A stretch of DNA of 64,000 nucleotides from an uncultured delta proteobacterium. GTDB taxonomy: Bacteria; Myxococcota_A; Polyangia; Polyangiales; B10-G4. The first letter of the stretch is position 1; each line of letters begins with the position of its first letter. Location: contig CAVSGI010000010.1 in the NCBI GenBank assembly GCA_963727445.1, positions 1,056,001 to 1,120,000 of the forward strand, given 5' to 3'. Position numbers and translations under genes: made by a program. Shown here one piece after another: positions 1 to 10,022 of the stretch. The notes under the pieces were generated by a model. The model saw nothing but the letters and a program-made list of their open reading frames with translations. It was not told the DNA's origin and ran no database searches.

Positions 1-1
1 G

Positions 2-346
2 GTGGCCACCGCTTCCGGCGCTTACCTCTTCTATGCGCAGCACAACTTCGAGGGGATGCGCCTTCAGCCCCGCGAGAATTGGAGCTACACGCGGGCCGCC
101 ATCGAGTCCTCCAGCTTCATGAAGACCGGGCGCTTCTGGGCCTTCATGACAGGCAACATCGGCTACCACCACGTGCACCATCTCAACCCGGGGATCCCCT
201 TCTACCGCCTGCCCGAGGCCCACGAAGCCATCCCCGAGCTGCACCAGGCCAAGGTCACCACCCTCTGGCCGAAGGACATCGCGGCCTGCTTCCGCCTGAA
301 GATCTGGGACCCAGAGCAGCAGAAGATGGTCGGCTACCCCAGCTGA
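2..346 (+). CDS. Fatty acid desaturase family protein, C-terminal part (5' end outside window)
   Basis: QHNF and GYHHVHH histidine box, followed by PGIPFYRLPEA, typical of membrane fatty-acid desaturases. Confidence 0.85.
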   Translation: MATASGAYLFYAQHNFEGMRLQPRENWSYTRAAIESSSFMKTGRFWAFMTGNIGYHHVHHLNPGIPFYRLPEAHEAIPELHQAKVTTLWPKDIAACFRLKIWDPEQQKMVGYPS

Positions 347-373
347 CGTCGAGAAGGCGCTATATTTCCGGCG

Positions 374-1984
374 TTGATCGACGTCGGCAGCAAAGTCGGT
401 GACTACGAGATCATCGCCCAGCTGAAGTCGGGCGGCATGGCGACCCTCTTCCTCGGGCGCCGTGGTGGCGCCTCCGGGTTCTCGCGTCACGTCGCGATCA
501 AGGTGGTTCATCCCCACCTCGGCCGGGACTCGACCTTCGTCCGGATGTTCGTGGACGAGGCCAAGCTCTCGGCGCGCATCAGCCACCCGAACGTGGTCCA
601 CGTCGAGGAGCTCGGCGAGTCCGACGGCACGCATTTCCTGGTGATGGAGTACGTCCACGGCTGCTCGCTCTCGGACATGCTCAAGGCGCTGTCCCGCATG
701 GGCCGCCGGCTCTCACCGGATCTGTCGGTGTGGCTCGCGATGAAGGTGCTCGAGGGGCTCCACGCCGCGCACGAGCTCCGCGACGACAAGCGACAGCTCA
801 TGGGCGTCGTGCATCGCGACGTCTCGCCGCAGAACGTGCTCATCTCGCAGACCGGCAACATCAAGCTGATCGACTTCGGGATCGCGAAGGCTCGCGGGCG
901 ACAGCAGCAGACGGCGACCGGCGCCCTCAAGGGCAAGCTCAGCTACATGCCGCCCGAGCAGGCCTACGGACAGCCCCTCGATCGCACCGCAGACATCTAC
1001 GCGCTCGGCATCGTGCTCTGGGAGATGCTCACCATGCGGCGCGCCTTTCGCGCCGACAACGACCTCGCGATGATCGACGAGGTGCGCAACCCGCGGATCG
1101 CGCCGCCGAGCACCTACTCCAACGACGTCTCCCCGGAGCTCGACGCGGCGGTGATGTTCGCGCTCGCTCCTGATCGCGACGCGCGGCCCCAAACCGCGCT
1201 CGAGCTTCGAAGGCGACTCGCGCAGGCGAGCCCGAAAGCGTTGGCCCTCGACGTCGGACACATGGCGGAGGTCGTGGAGGCCATCCTCGGCAAGGAGCTC
1301 GAGCAGCGAAGGCGCGAGCTGCCGGAGAGCCTCACCGGCATGAGCCGCGACATCCCGATGGCGCACGAGCCGACCCGGCGCGCCAAGGCCCCGCGCATGG
1401 CCGACGAGGTGATGAAGGAGATGACCATGAGCGCGCCAGGCAGCACGCTCTACGTCGACGAGTCGAGCGACGACACCGGGTCGCTCGACGCGATTCACGC
1501 CGAGCCCACCCGCGCCGCCCGCCCCTCGAGCCGGCCGCCGCGCCGGGAAGCCACGCCCGCCACGCCCGCCACCGCCGTGCCGCGAGGCATGTCCACCGAG
1601 CGGATCATCGCCGTCGGCGCGATCCTGGTCGCGCTCTTCGCGCTCGGTGCGGCGGGCTTCGCCATCGCGAAGCTGATGGGCGGCGAGGAGCCTCAGGTCC
1701 AGGGCGAGCCCTCCATCGCGACGCCGCCGGCGCCGCCGCCGACGACCGAGGCCGCCGAGCCGGTCGAACCCAACGCCGCCGAACCGGACGCGAGCGTCGA
1801 AGAGGAGGTCGTGGAAGACGACACCAATCTCGCACAGCAAGAGGCCGCGGAAACTCCAGAGCAGAGCGCGCGCATGACCCGCGGAATGCGCCGCACCATG
1901 ATGCGCCCCGCGATGGACGACACCGAGATGATGGGCATGAGCCTCGTCGACGGCGTCCCCATCTTCGACGACGACGACTTCTAG
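374..1984 (+). CDS. Membrane-anchored Hanks-type Ser/Thr protein kinase
   Basis: GGMA, VAIK, HRDVSPQN, DFG and YMPPEQ motifs; TM helix IIAVGAILVALFALGAAGFAIA; Pro/Glu/Met-rich tail; TTG start. Confidence 0.93.
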   Translation: MIDVGSKVGDYEIIAQLKSGGMATLFLGRRGGASGFSRHVAIKVVHPHLGRDSTFVRMFVDEAKLSARISHPNVVHVEELGESDGTHFLVMEYVHGCSLSDMLKALSRMGRRLSPDLSVWLAMKVLEGLHAAHELRDDKRQLMGVVHRDVSPQNVLISQTGNIKLIDFGIAKARGRQQQTATGALKGKLSYMPPEQAYGQPLDRTADIYALGIVLWEMLTMRRAFRADNDLAMIDEVRNPRIAPPSTYSNDVSPELDAAVMFALAPDRDARPQTALELRRRLAQASPKALALDVGHMAEVVEAILGKELEQRRRELPESLTGMSRDIPMAHEPTRRAKAPRMADEVMKEMTMSAPGSTLYVDESSDDTGSLDAIHAEPTRAARPSSRPPRREATPATPATAVPRGMSTERIIAVGAILVALFALGAAGFAIAKLMGGEEPQVQGEPSIATPPAPPPTTEAAEPVEPNAAEPDASVEEEVVEDDTNLAQQEAAETPEQSARMTRGMRRTMMRPAMDDTEMMGMSLVDGVPIFDDDDF

Positions 1985-3024
1985 AAGGTCAGCTGCTCGA
2001 TGAGCGCTTCGATGGGCGTCGCCAGGTCGCTCTGACAACTCGACTGAAACGACACGTCGACGCCGCCCAACTCGAGCCCCCATCCGGTCTCCAGGAGCCT
2101 CCGGGCAGGAAAGGCGAGACCAGCACTGGTGTTACAGACGGGACGAAGCCGCGTGGGCATGGAGGGATCGATCTCCTCGACCATGCGCGGGTCGCCGATG
2201 ATATCGGGGTAACTGCGTCCGGCGAGGTCGGTCGGGATCCCGGCGATCACCATGTAGCTCAGCCGCCGCGGGTCCTTCGCCGCTAGCAATCCGTCGACGT
2301 ATCGAGCCGTCTCCATGACCGCCTCGGGATACCGGAGGCAGCGCGTGTTCAGGTCGCCTGTGTAGGCATCGCTGTCGGGATAGGCGAGCTCCGGATCCCG
2401 CAACGAGCAGTCGTCTTCTTCCGCGAGCACCACGATGGCGAGGTGCGCGTCGTCGCGAAGAAATCCCGCGTTTGCACCGTCGGCGTGCCCCGGCGTGGCC
2501 ATGTTGAAGGCGGCATCGAACGCGCCCGAGCGAGAGACAGTCGAGGGCGCGACCGCCTTCAACATCGATTCCAATGGCTGCTCGAGCCCGCACCCGTCCG
2601 TCCCGACCATGACGAGGCAGGCAGCCTCCTCGGCGAGATCGGCGGCGGTCGTTGCGCTCGAGAAGTTCTCGCCCGATGCGAGACAGCTCGGGTCTGCGAC
2701 GACGAGGATGCCGTCATCCCCGAAGTTCGGCTCCTCGCATCCGGGAACGGTGAAGCCACCCGACCCCATGTTCATCGTGATGACCCCCACGTGGATCGAG
2801 TCGAATCTCGAAGCCGTCGCCTCGAAGAATTGCGGCATCGACCGCGCGAGCGCTGTCTGCTCTGGCGTCAGGTAGCCGCCGCTCTCGATGACGAAGAGAA
2901 GATCGAGATCCCGCGCCGACGAAAGTGGCGGAGGAGGCATCTCGGGCTCGGAGTCCGTACGTGGCCCCTCTGGCGAGCGCGACGACCAGCATCCAGCACT
3001 CACGAGCGCCAAGAACAGTGGCAT
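1981..3024 (-). CDS. Myxobacterial lipoprotein with vWA-like domain
   Basis: Lipobox-like VSAGC; DLDLLFVI, IHVGVITMNMG, GCGLEQPLES and GFLRDDAHLAIVVL..EDDCS motifs. Start chosen at ATG 3024 (GTG 3042 is an alternative). Confidence 0.7.
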   Translation of the reverse strand: MPLFLALVSAGCWSSRSPEGPRTDSEPEMPPPPLSSARDLDLLFVIESGGYLTPEQTALARSMPQFFEATASRFDSIHVGVITMNMGSGGFTVPGCEEPNFGDDGILVVADPSCLASGENFSSATTAADLAEEAACLVMVGTDGCGLEQPLESMLKAVAPSTVSRSGAFDAAFNMATPGHADGANAGFLRDDAHLAIVVLAEEDDCSLRDPELAYPDSDAYTGDLNTRCLRYPEAVMETARYVDGLLAAKDPRRLSYMVIAGIPTDLAGRSYPDIIGDPRMVEEIDPSMPTRLRPVCNTSAGLAFPARRLLETGWGLELGGVDVSFQSSCQSDLATPIEALIEQLTF

Positions 3025-3229
3025 GTGAGCGAGCACTCTCACGGTTACACCATACGCGGTCTGCCAAGCGCCCGCGAACCGCGCGTCACGGCGAAGTGCT
3101 CTACAATCTCCGCGTCTGGCACGAAACGGATCGAGTCGCGAACGGACCTCTGGATCTACCGAGATGCGCCCGCGGTGATCTTCGCGGGGGTTCGTGCGCG
3201 CCAGCGTCGGCGAGCCCGGGCCCCTCAGC

Positions 3230-4948
3230 TCATAGACGCAGGCCGACATCCACCAACGCGTCGGTGGAGCTCACGAACTGCCCCTGACCCAGCTGGCCGA
3301 GGCCGCCGTCGCCGATGCACTGCACCGCGCCCGTCGTTTGAAGGACGCAGGTGAAACCCGGCGTCATTGCGCCCGTCGACGCACCTCCGGTCCTCACCTG
3401 AGAGGGCATCGTCTCGAGGAGCGTCATCGGCGTCGGCATCGGAACGTCCATGGTCATCCCATCGCCGAGCTGCCCCGTGGCGTTCGCGCCCCAGCACGAC
3501 GCGCCCGAGTCGGTCACGGCGCAGCTGTGCGACGCGCTGGGGCCCGTGCCGATGGCGGTGACCGATCCCGAAAGCATGACGGGGGTCGGCGTGGGCATTT
3601 GTGTCATCGTCCCGTTGCCCACCTGCCCGTGGCCGTTCCCACCCCAGCACGAGACGCTCCCATCGCCGAGTCGGGCGCAGGTGTGGTTCCGCCCCGCCAC
3701 CACCTCGACCGCATTGCTGATGCCCGTCACGGCCTGCGGGAGCGCCGCGTCCATGCCCATCGTGTCGAGGCCGAGCTGACCCGCGCCGTTGGCGCCCCAA
3801 CACGCGACGCGGCCGTCCATGAAGGCCGCACAGCTGTGGAGCGAGCCCGTCGCGATGCTGACCACGGGGTCGCCCACGATCACCATCTGCGGCGTGAGCG
3901 CGGGATCGGTCGTCCCGTTGCCGACCTGCCCGCGATCGTTGCCGCCCCAGCACATGACGTCCCCGGTGCCGACGAGCGCGCAGGTGTGCCGAACGCCCGC
4001 GCTCACCGCGGTCGCGCCCGTGATCCCCACCGCCACGGGCAGCGGCTGGGGCTCGGTGTTGCCGTCGCCGAGCGCGCCGTCTTCGTCGTCGCCCCAGCAG
4101 GAGACCTCACCGCCCGCCACCGCGCAGGTGTGTGCGACGCCGGCGCTGACCTGGGTCGCGCCGGTGATGCCGGGCACCTCCACGGGGAAGGGTCAATCGA
4201 TGTATCCGCCATCGCCGAGCTGACCGTAGGCGTTCCACCCCCAGCAGGCGACGGACCCGCTCGCGCGCACCACGCAGGCGTGCGCCCCGCCCGTCGACAG
4301 AGCGCTCGCCCGCTCCGAATCGCAGTAGCCTCCGCCGCAGCTCTCGCCACCCGGACAGGTGCGCCCGCACTCTCCACAGTTCGCGGGGTCCATGCCGACG
4401 TCGATGCCCTCGTCGATCATCTCGTCGCAGTCGTCGTCGTAGAGGTTGCACTGCTCGTCGCGGGGCGTGCACGCGGGGCCGGAGAGGACCGGCGCGGTTC
4501 CGGGCCACTCGGGGAGCGCGTCCGAAGCGATCGGCACCGCGCGGCAGCCGGCTTCGTCGCAGGTCTCCCCCGCCGCGCAGGTGATCTCGAGGCAGCGCGC
4601 CGCCAGGATCGCGCGTAGCATCCGCGTCTCGCCGTCGACGAAGGAGGTGCGCGCTTCCCACCGCGTCACCTCGGCGCCCATCAGTCGCCCGATCACGGTC
4701 ACCGCGAGGTCACCCCCTCCGGTCGTCGAAAAGGTGGTGAGCGTGAGGGGGAGGTCGGGCGTGCCTGCGGCGGTGAGATCGGCGACGACGTTGGTGGGCG
4801 TACCGCTGCTACCGGAGAGCGAGATCTCGATCCGATCGAGCGCGTCGGGGACCACGAGATCGGAGTCGATGACCAGGACCACCTCGGTGGGACCGCCGCC
4901 GGCGCAGGAGGCGAGCGCGAGCGCGAGCAGGACCATGCTGCGCCGCAT
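3230..4948 (-). pseudogene. RCC1-repeat lipoprotein interrupted by one in-frame TGA at 4193-4195 (may be intact in vivo)
   Basis: ORFs 4193..4948 and 3230..4183 are in the same frame and read ..CWGWNAYGQLGDGGYID*PFPVEVPG..; lipobox LASC; multiple HTCA..CWGxNxxGQLG RCC1 repeats. Confidence 0.85.
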
Positions 4949-5760
4949 CAGTTGATCTCCACGCGGAAGGGGGAGAGGTTGCCCATGACCGGATCGCGCT
5001 GCTCGCCACTGGTGACGATGACGATCGGGATCACCACCGCCGCGGCCACCACCACGCCGGCGATGATCCAGAACCACGGCGAGGAGAAGATCGAGCTGCT
5101 GGACTCCTGTGCCGTGGTGGTCGTGGTGTCCTCGCCCAGGATCTGATCGCCCTCGGGCGTGGGACGGCCGCCGACCGGTACCCAGTGCTCCGGCGTGGCG
5201 TCGACCACCACGTCGCGGGTGGCGCCTTCGCGGATCTCGAACTCGACGACGAGCTGCTCGTGCCCCTCGCGATCGACGGTGACCCGATGCTCGCCCGGAT
5301 CGACGGGAAGCTCCTCGTCGAGCACCGCGCGAGAGACCTCCCAACCGTCCAGGCTCAGGGCGTCACCCTCCTGGAAGCCGAGCACGCGCAGCTCCACGAC
5401 GGGGATGCGCCCTTCGAGCTCGGTGAGCGCCTGCTCGGCCGCCGCGCGATGCTGCGCCGGTCGGCCCCGCCGGGCCTGGCGGATGAAGCGCCGGTACGCC
5501 TCGGCTCCCTCGACCAGACGGCCCGTCTGCACCATCGCACCCGCGAGGTTGAGCAGCGTGATCGGGCGCTGCACCAGCGCATAGGAGCTCTGAAACGACT
5601 CGAAGGCCGACTCCCAATCGCCCGACTGCGCCGCCTCGAGCCCATCGCGAAACTGAGAGCGCGCGAGGGAGCGTTCGTTCGCGGACTGGGCGCTCGCCAC
5701 CATCGGCCACCACGCAGCGCTCGCCACGACCAGCAGCGCCGCTGCGACGAGGCCTCGCAT
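4948..5760 (-). CDS. TPR + PEGA-domain membrane protein
   Basis: Signal peptide; TPR-like helices (A..F..SYAL...ITLLNLA); PEGA motif LPVDPGEHRV; C-terminal SPWFWIIAGVVVAA TM; TGATG overlaps with both neighbours. Confidence 0.8.
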   Translation of the reverse strand: MRGLVAAALLVVASAAWWPMVASAQSANERSLARSQFRDGLEAAQSGDWESAFESFQSSYALVQRPITLLNLAGAMVQTGRLVEGAEAYRRFIRQARRGRPAQHRAAAEQALTELEGRIPVVELRVLGFQEGDALSLDGWEVSRAVLDEELPVDPGEHRVTVDREGHEQLVVEFEIREGATRDVVVDATPEHWVPVGGRPTPEGDQILGEDTTTTTAQESSSSIFSSPWFWIIAGVVVAAAVVIPIVIVTSGEQRDPVMGNLSPFRVEIN

Positions 5761-7235
5761 CACGGGCACACCATGGTGTCGGCGGGGCAGTCGCCGGTGG
5801 AACATCGGTTGGCGACGAGCTCGGGGTCACAGGGCTGCCCCATGCCCACCACCGGCCGGAGCGACGCCTGGAGCTCGAAGCGCGTGGTCATCCCCGCCTC
5901 GACCCCGGCGTAGTCCTCGACGAAGGCCGTGTAGGTCCCCATCGCATCGAGCACCTCGACCGTCGACAAGAGGCCATCGCCGTTGTCGTCGTTGCACCAC
6001 TCTTCGAGGGTGCTGTCGGGATCGGTGCAGTTCGAGCGTACGTACAGGACGGTGTCGGCGTCGGGCGCCGTCCCCGGCGCGTCGGTGGTCAACAGCAGGT
6101 CCCAGGCGCCTGCGGGAACCTCGAAGTGATAGAAGAGCTCGGTCCCCGAGGTGGCACCGCACGGGCCGCGAAAGCTTCCCATCCCCTGCATGAGCACCCC
6201 CATCGTCGACGACGTGACCATCGGCGTCAGCATCGTGGTGGGGGCTGCCGCGCAGGCCGCCGCGCGGTCGGGCGTCGCCTGACAGGTCCCGCTGGTGCAC
6301 GTCAGCTCGCGCGGACAGACAGTCATCATTCCGTCGCACATCTCTCCGAAGCCGACGCGGGTTCCTGTCTCCACCGACACTCTGAGCGGATTGCTGAGCT
6401 GGTTGCCGTCGTCGGTGATGCGCACGATCGCCTCCACCGCGCCGGTCACGTTCGTCACCGGGATGGTCGACGTCTCGGTGAATCGCGTCGCGCCGGTCAC
6501 TGGCGTGTCGAGGAACTGGATCAGCACGTCGGTCTGATCGGCGACGTCGTCGTCGTTCACGTCGACCAGCCCGCGCGTCGCGTCGAGCACCGACACCCAC
6601 ACTCCGTCGGCGTTGCCGTCCTCGTCCCCACCGGTCACGTCCACCTCGATGCTGTCGCCGACGAGGCGCACGAAGGCCTCCTCGAGGGTGGGCGGCGCGT
6701 TGCGCGTGGCGGTGATGTCGAGCTGGATCGGCCCGGCGTCGTCGGCGGTGTAGGTCGTGACCACCAGCCAGAGGGTGTCGCCGCCGTTGGCCGGGAACGC
6801 GCCCTTGGCACGGAAGTCACCCATGAAGTCGTCGAAACAGCGGGGCGGGTAGTTGCGGATCACCGGCTCGTCACAAGCCACGTTCCGGACGTCGATGACG
6901 GTATCCGTCTCGGTGGATGTGCCCGGGACCTGGGTGTCGAGGAGCACCTTCATCGGGCCGGTGCCAGGGACCCGATACTCGATGACCACCTGCGGCGCGT
7001 CGTCGGTTCCGCCGCAGCCCGCGAGGTCGAGGCCGCCCGGCGCCCCCTCGCTCGTGTCCAACATCAAGGTGAGGGTCTCCCCCTCCATCGAGCTGCCGGA
7101 CAGCGGCATGTCGCAGCTCGGGAGCATGGGCCCCATGGTGGTCGCGTCCGGAAAGCTGGCGTCCCCGGTCGTGGACGAGTCGTCTCCACATCCGAAAAGA
7201 AAAGCAAATGCGAGCGTCAGCGTGATTGCACGCAT
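5760..7235 (-). CDS. Cys-containing lipoprotein with two pre-peptidase-C (PPC)-like domains
   Basis: Lipobox LFGC; repeated DTVIDVR / DTVLYVRSNC..CNDD motif. Confidence 0.7.
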   Translation of the reverse strand: MRAITLTLAFAFLFGCGDDSSTTGDASFPDATTMGPMLPSCDMPLSGSSMEGETLTLMLDTSEGAPGGLDLAGCGGTDDAPQVVIEYRVPGTGPMKVLLDTQVPGTSTETDTVIDVRNVACDEPVIRNYPPRCFDDFMGDFRAKGAFPANGGDTLWLVVTTYTADDAGPIQLDITATRNAPPTLEEAFVRLVGDSIEVDVTGGDEDGNADGVWVSVLDATRGLVDVNDDDVADQTDVLIQFLDTPVTGATRFTETSTIPVTNVTGAVEAIVRITDDGNQLSNPLRVSVETGTRVGFGEMCDGMMTVCPRELTCTSGTCQATPDRAAACAAAPTTMLTPMVTSSTMGVLMQGMGSFRGPCGATSGTELFYHFEVPAGAWDLLLTTDAPGTAPDADTVLYVRSNCTDPDSTLEEWCNDDNGDGLLSTVEVLDAMGTYTAFVEDYAGVEAGMTTRFELQASLRPVVGMGQPCDPELVANRCSTGDCPADTMVCP

Positions 7236-7297
7236 CGAGAGAACCTTCTCGCGGGAGCGGGCAGAGGGTCAAGCTCGCTGGGTGTATCGTCGGGTTG

Positions 7298-8266
7298 ATG
7301 GAGACGGGCACCAAGGCGAAAGCGGGCCTCGCGGCCGGGGGTGTGCTCGCGGCGGTGCTGGGCCTGATGGGTGATTGTGGTCGGGTGGGCATGCGCGCGG
7401 GTCGCCACGTCGACGACGTGGTCGGGGTGGCCCGATATGGCGACGAGCTGGCGGGCGCAGGCGCAGCCGCCGGGCACCTCGACGAGCTCGACGAGCTCGT
7501 GGGGCTGACGCGCCTGAATCCCGGCGCGCCGAGCCGGACAGAGACCCTCGGCCATCTGCGGAGCTCGCGTTGGGACGACTTCGAAGCGCTGGTCGAAGGT
7601 GGCGAGACGACCATCGAGGTGGGGATGAACGCGAGCGATCTGCTGGTGGACGACGAAGAGTCGTCCCTCGACACGCCCCTTCCCGAGATCCTCCAGACCG
7701 TCCGCCATCCCGCGGTCGCGGCGATCATGCCGCCCTACGAAGACGCGAGCTACGAGGAGCGCGAGCTCCGCGAGCAGATGTCCGCGGACGGGGTTCGACA
7801 CCTCGACGCGCCCTCATCGCTGGCGACGATGCTCGAAGAGGCGCCGCGTCCACTGCTGATCGTCGCGCGGATCGGCTCGGCGGAGGGGACCCTGCGAGCG
7901 CCCGACGGCAGCGACCTCGGGGCGCTCGATCTCCTCACCTACTGCGCGGCGGCAGGCGCCGATTGCGCAGCCCTCGTCTGCAACACGGACGACACGGAGT
8001 GTCTCGGCGCGGCCTACCGCGTCGCCGACGCGACGCTCGCTGCGAATCAACAGCGCCTGCCCGACCTCTACCGCGCGCTCTTGAGCGGACGCTACGCCGC
8101 GGGAGAGCTCGGCCGTTTCGACATCTTTCGTCTCGCCGAAGGACAGCTCGTGCGCTCGGACGGCTCGACGGGCGAGGCGCCGAGCGAGGATCTCGGCACC
8201 GACACCGAAGCGGAGAGCGCTCCGAGCGGCGGCGACGAGGCGGTGGGGCCGGCGACGCAAACCTGA
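7298..8266 (+). CDS. Hypothetical protein with N-terminal hydrophobic segment
   Basis: Long ORF with GC3-biased codons; TATCGT lies 7 nt before the ATG. Confidence 0.6.
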   Translation: METGTKAKAGLAAGGVLAAVLGLMGDCGRVGMRAGRHVDDVVGVARYGDELAGAGAAAGHLDELDELVGLTRLNPGAPSRTETLGHLRSSRWDDFEALVEGGETTIEVGMNASDLLVDDEESSLDTPLPEILQTVRHPAVAAIMPPYEDASYEERELREQMSADGVRHLDAPSSLATMLEEAPRPLLIVARIGSAEGTLRAPDGSDLGALDLLTYCAAAGADCAALVCNTDDTECLGAAYRVADATLAANQQRLPDLYRALLSGRYAAGELGRFDIFRLAEGQLVRSDGSTGEAPSEDLGTDTEAESAPSGGDEAVGPATQT

Positions 8267-8286
8267 TTTCGTGCGAGCATCGGAGC

Positions 8287-9039
8287 ATGCTTCGCTCCCT
8301 CTTCTTCGCGTTCGCCGCCCTGATGCTCGTCGCCTGCGACGGAGGCTCGTCGTCGACCGATGGCGGCAGCGACTGCCCCGCCCCGAGCTGTGGCCTGATG
8401 TGCTCGGATGGGCTGAAACGAGACGCCGACGGCTGCGAGATCTGCGAGTGCAATCCGACCCCCGACACGCGCTGCAGCGTCGATGACGATTGCGTCCTGG
8501 CGGTGGATCACGCGGATTGCTGCGGCTGCCGAAGCGCCTACGCGGCCACCAGCATCGAGGGGCACGCCTGCATCCGACCGGTGACGGAGCCGCCGCCCCC
8601 CGGATGTGCGCCCGACTCCTGCACCGGTGAAGCGTGCCGCTGCTCCTATCCGATCCGCGCCGCCTGCCAGAGCGGCGCGTGCGTCGCCCTCGACGACTGC
8701 CCCGCGGGACAGGTCCAGGAGCTCGGCGCATGCGTCGCCGGGTGTGCGAGCCACGCGGACTGCACCATCGCGGCGGACTACGGCAGCTGCTGCGGCGGAT
8801 GCACGCCGCTGACCCGGGCGACCGTCGACGCGAACCCCTGCTACGCCGAGCGCTCGAGCGACTCGGAGTGCTCCCCCGGCAGCTGCGAAGGGCTGGGGTG
8901 CGCTTCGCCGGCGCTCGACTGCTCCACGATCGGCACGGCCGTGTGCATGGCGGACGGAACGTGTCAGCTGGGCGGCGCCTCCGGCGAATGCCCCGCGGGC
9001 TCGATGGAGATGGGCGGGGTCTGCGTCCCCACACCCTGA
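8287..9039 (+). CDS. Cys-rich lipoprotein (antistasin-like repeat plus CxxDxDC repeats)
   Basis: Lipobox LVAC; CxxxC..G.KRDADGCEICEC antistasin-like pattern; CSVDDDC and CASHADC repeats. Confidence 0.75.
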   Translation: MLRSLFFAFAALMLVACDGGSSSTDGGSDCPAPSCGLMCSDGLKRDADGCEICECNPTPDTRCSVDDDCVLAVDHADCCGCRSAYAATSIEGHACIRPVTEPPPPGCAPDSCTGEACRCSYPIRAACQSGACVALDDCPAGQVQELGACVAGCASHADCTIAADYGSCCGGCTPLTRATVDANPCYAERSSDSECSPGSCEGLGCASPALDCSTIGTAVCMADGTCQLGGASGECPAGSMEMGGVCVPTP

Positions 9040-9048
9040 CGCGGAAGC

Positions 9049-9918
9049 TCAGAGCCCGCGGAAGCGCTCGGGGCGCAGCGGCACCTCGCCGCGCAGCGCC
9101 GCATCGATCGCGTCGACGATCGCTTCGCGATCGCGCGGGAGGCGGCCCGCGAGGGGCAGGTAGTTCGAGGCGTGGTTCGTCCGGAAGAGGGCGTCGGTGG
9201 GGCGCGCCAGATCGACCATCGTCCGTAGCTCCGCGAGGAGCGCCATGACGTCGGGGACGGCGAAACGACCGCGACTCTCGAGCGTGGCGAGCGGCGTGCC
9301 CGGGACGACCGTCACCGTCAGCGCCGCAAAGAACGCGGGATCCATCTCGGTCACGAGCCGGGCCGTGGCCTCGGCGTGCTCGCGGCTGCGCTCGCCGGCG
9401 ATGCCGAGGAGCGCGATGACGCTGAGCTTCATCCCCGCCGCGTGCGCGCGCCGGGCGGCCTCGACGTGGCCCGCGAAGGTGTCGCCCTTGGCGATCTGCT
9501 TCAGGACCACGTCGTCCCCCGACTCCGGGCCGATGTAGAGGGTCGTCAGTCCGCCTTCACGCAGCTCGGCGAGCTCGCCCTCGGACTTGGAAGCGACGTT
9601 GCGGGCCATGGCGTAACAGGAGACGCGTCGAAGGTTGGGGAAGCGCTCCTTCGCGGCGGCGAGGATGGCGCGCCAATGAGCCATGGGCATGCCGAGGGCG
9701 TCGCCGTCGGCGACGAAGAGCTTCTGCACCCGCGGCCCGACCGCGCGGGCGGCCTCTTCGAGGTCTTCGAGGCACTCCGCCACGGGCCTCTCCGCATACA
9801 CCTTGTCGCGGTACATGTCGCAATAGGTGCAGTGGTTCCAGCTACAGCCGATGGTGGCTTGCAGGATCAGCGCGTCCGCCTCGGAGGGCGGCCGGAAGAT
9901 GCGACCGACGTAGCGCAA
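9049..9918 (-). CDS. Radical SAM protein
   Basis: CSWNHCTYC CxxxCxxC motif; RPPSEA, DGDAL, YIGPESG and FRTNHASNYL. Start inferred at TTG 9918. Confidence 0.88.
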   Translation of the reverse strand: MRYVGRIFRPPSEADALILQATIGCSWNHCTYCDMYRDKVYAERPVAECLEDLEEAARAVGPRVQKLFVADGDALGMPMAHWRAILAAAKERFPNLRRVSCYAMARNVASKSEGELAELREGGLTTLYIGPESGDDVVLKQIAKGDTFAGHVEAARRAHAAGMKLSVIALLGIAGERSREHAEATARLVTEMDPAFFAALTVTVVPGTPLATLESRGRFAVPDVMALLAELRTMVDLARPTDALFRTNHASNYLPLAGRLPRDREAIVDAIDAALRGEVPLRPERFRGL

Positions 9919-9981
9919 CGTCCCAGGTATCGCACGACCTCGCCGCGCGGCAATCAGTTGCCGAGAAAGACCAAGCGAGGA

Positions 9982-10011
9982 GGCGGCGCCCCGCCGAGAC
10001 GGGGCGCCGCC
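9982..10011 (-). terminator. Perfect 12-bp GC hairpin downstream of the tuf paralogue
   Basis: GGCGGCGCCCCG-ccgaga-CGGGGCGCCGCC, 11 nt past the tuf stop; no clean U-tract. Confidence 0.6.
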
Positions 10012-10022
10012 CACTCAGGCAC

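Noticed and set aside
4193..4195. In-frame TGA as selenocysteine or programmed read-through
   Set aside because: The equivalent position in the other RCC1 repeats is not Cys, I see no convincing SECIS-like hairpin, and a CGA-to-TGA change at GATC is simpler.
8287..9918. Radical SAM plus Cys-rich ORF as a ranthipeptide/sactipeptide pair
   Set aside because: The genes are convergent; the Cys-rich ORF is a 250-aa lipoprotein; the radical SAM lacks SPASM and RRE features.
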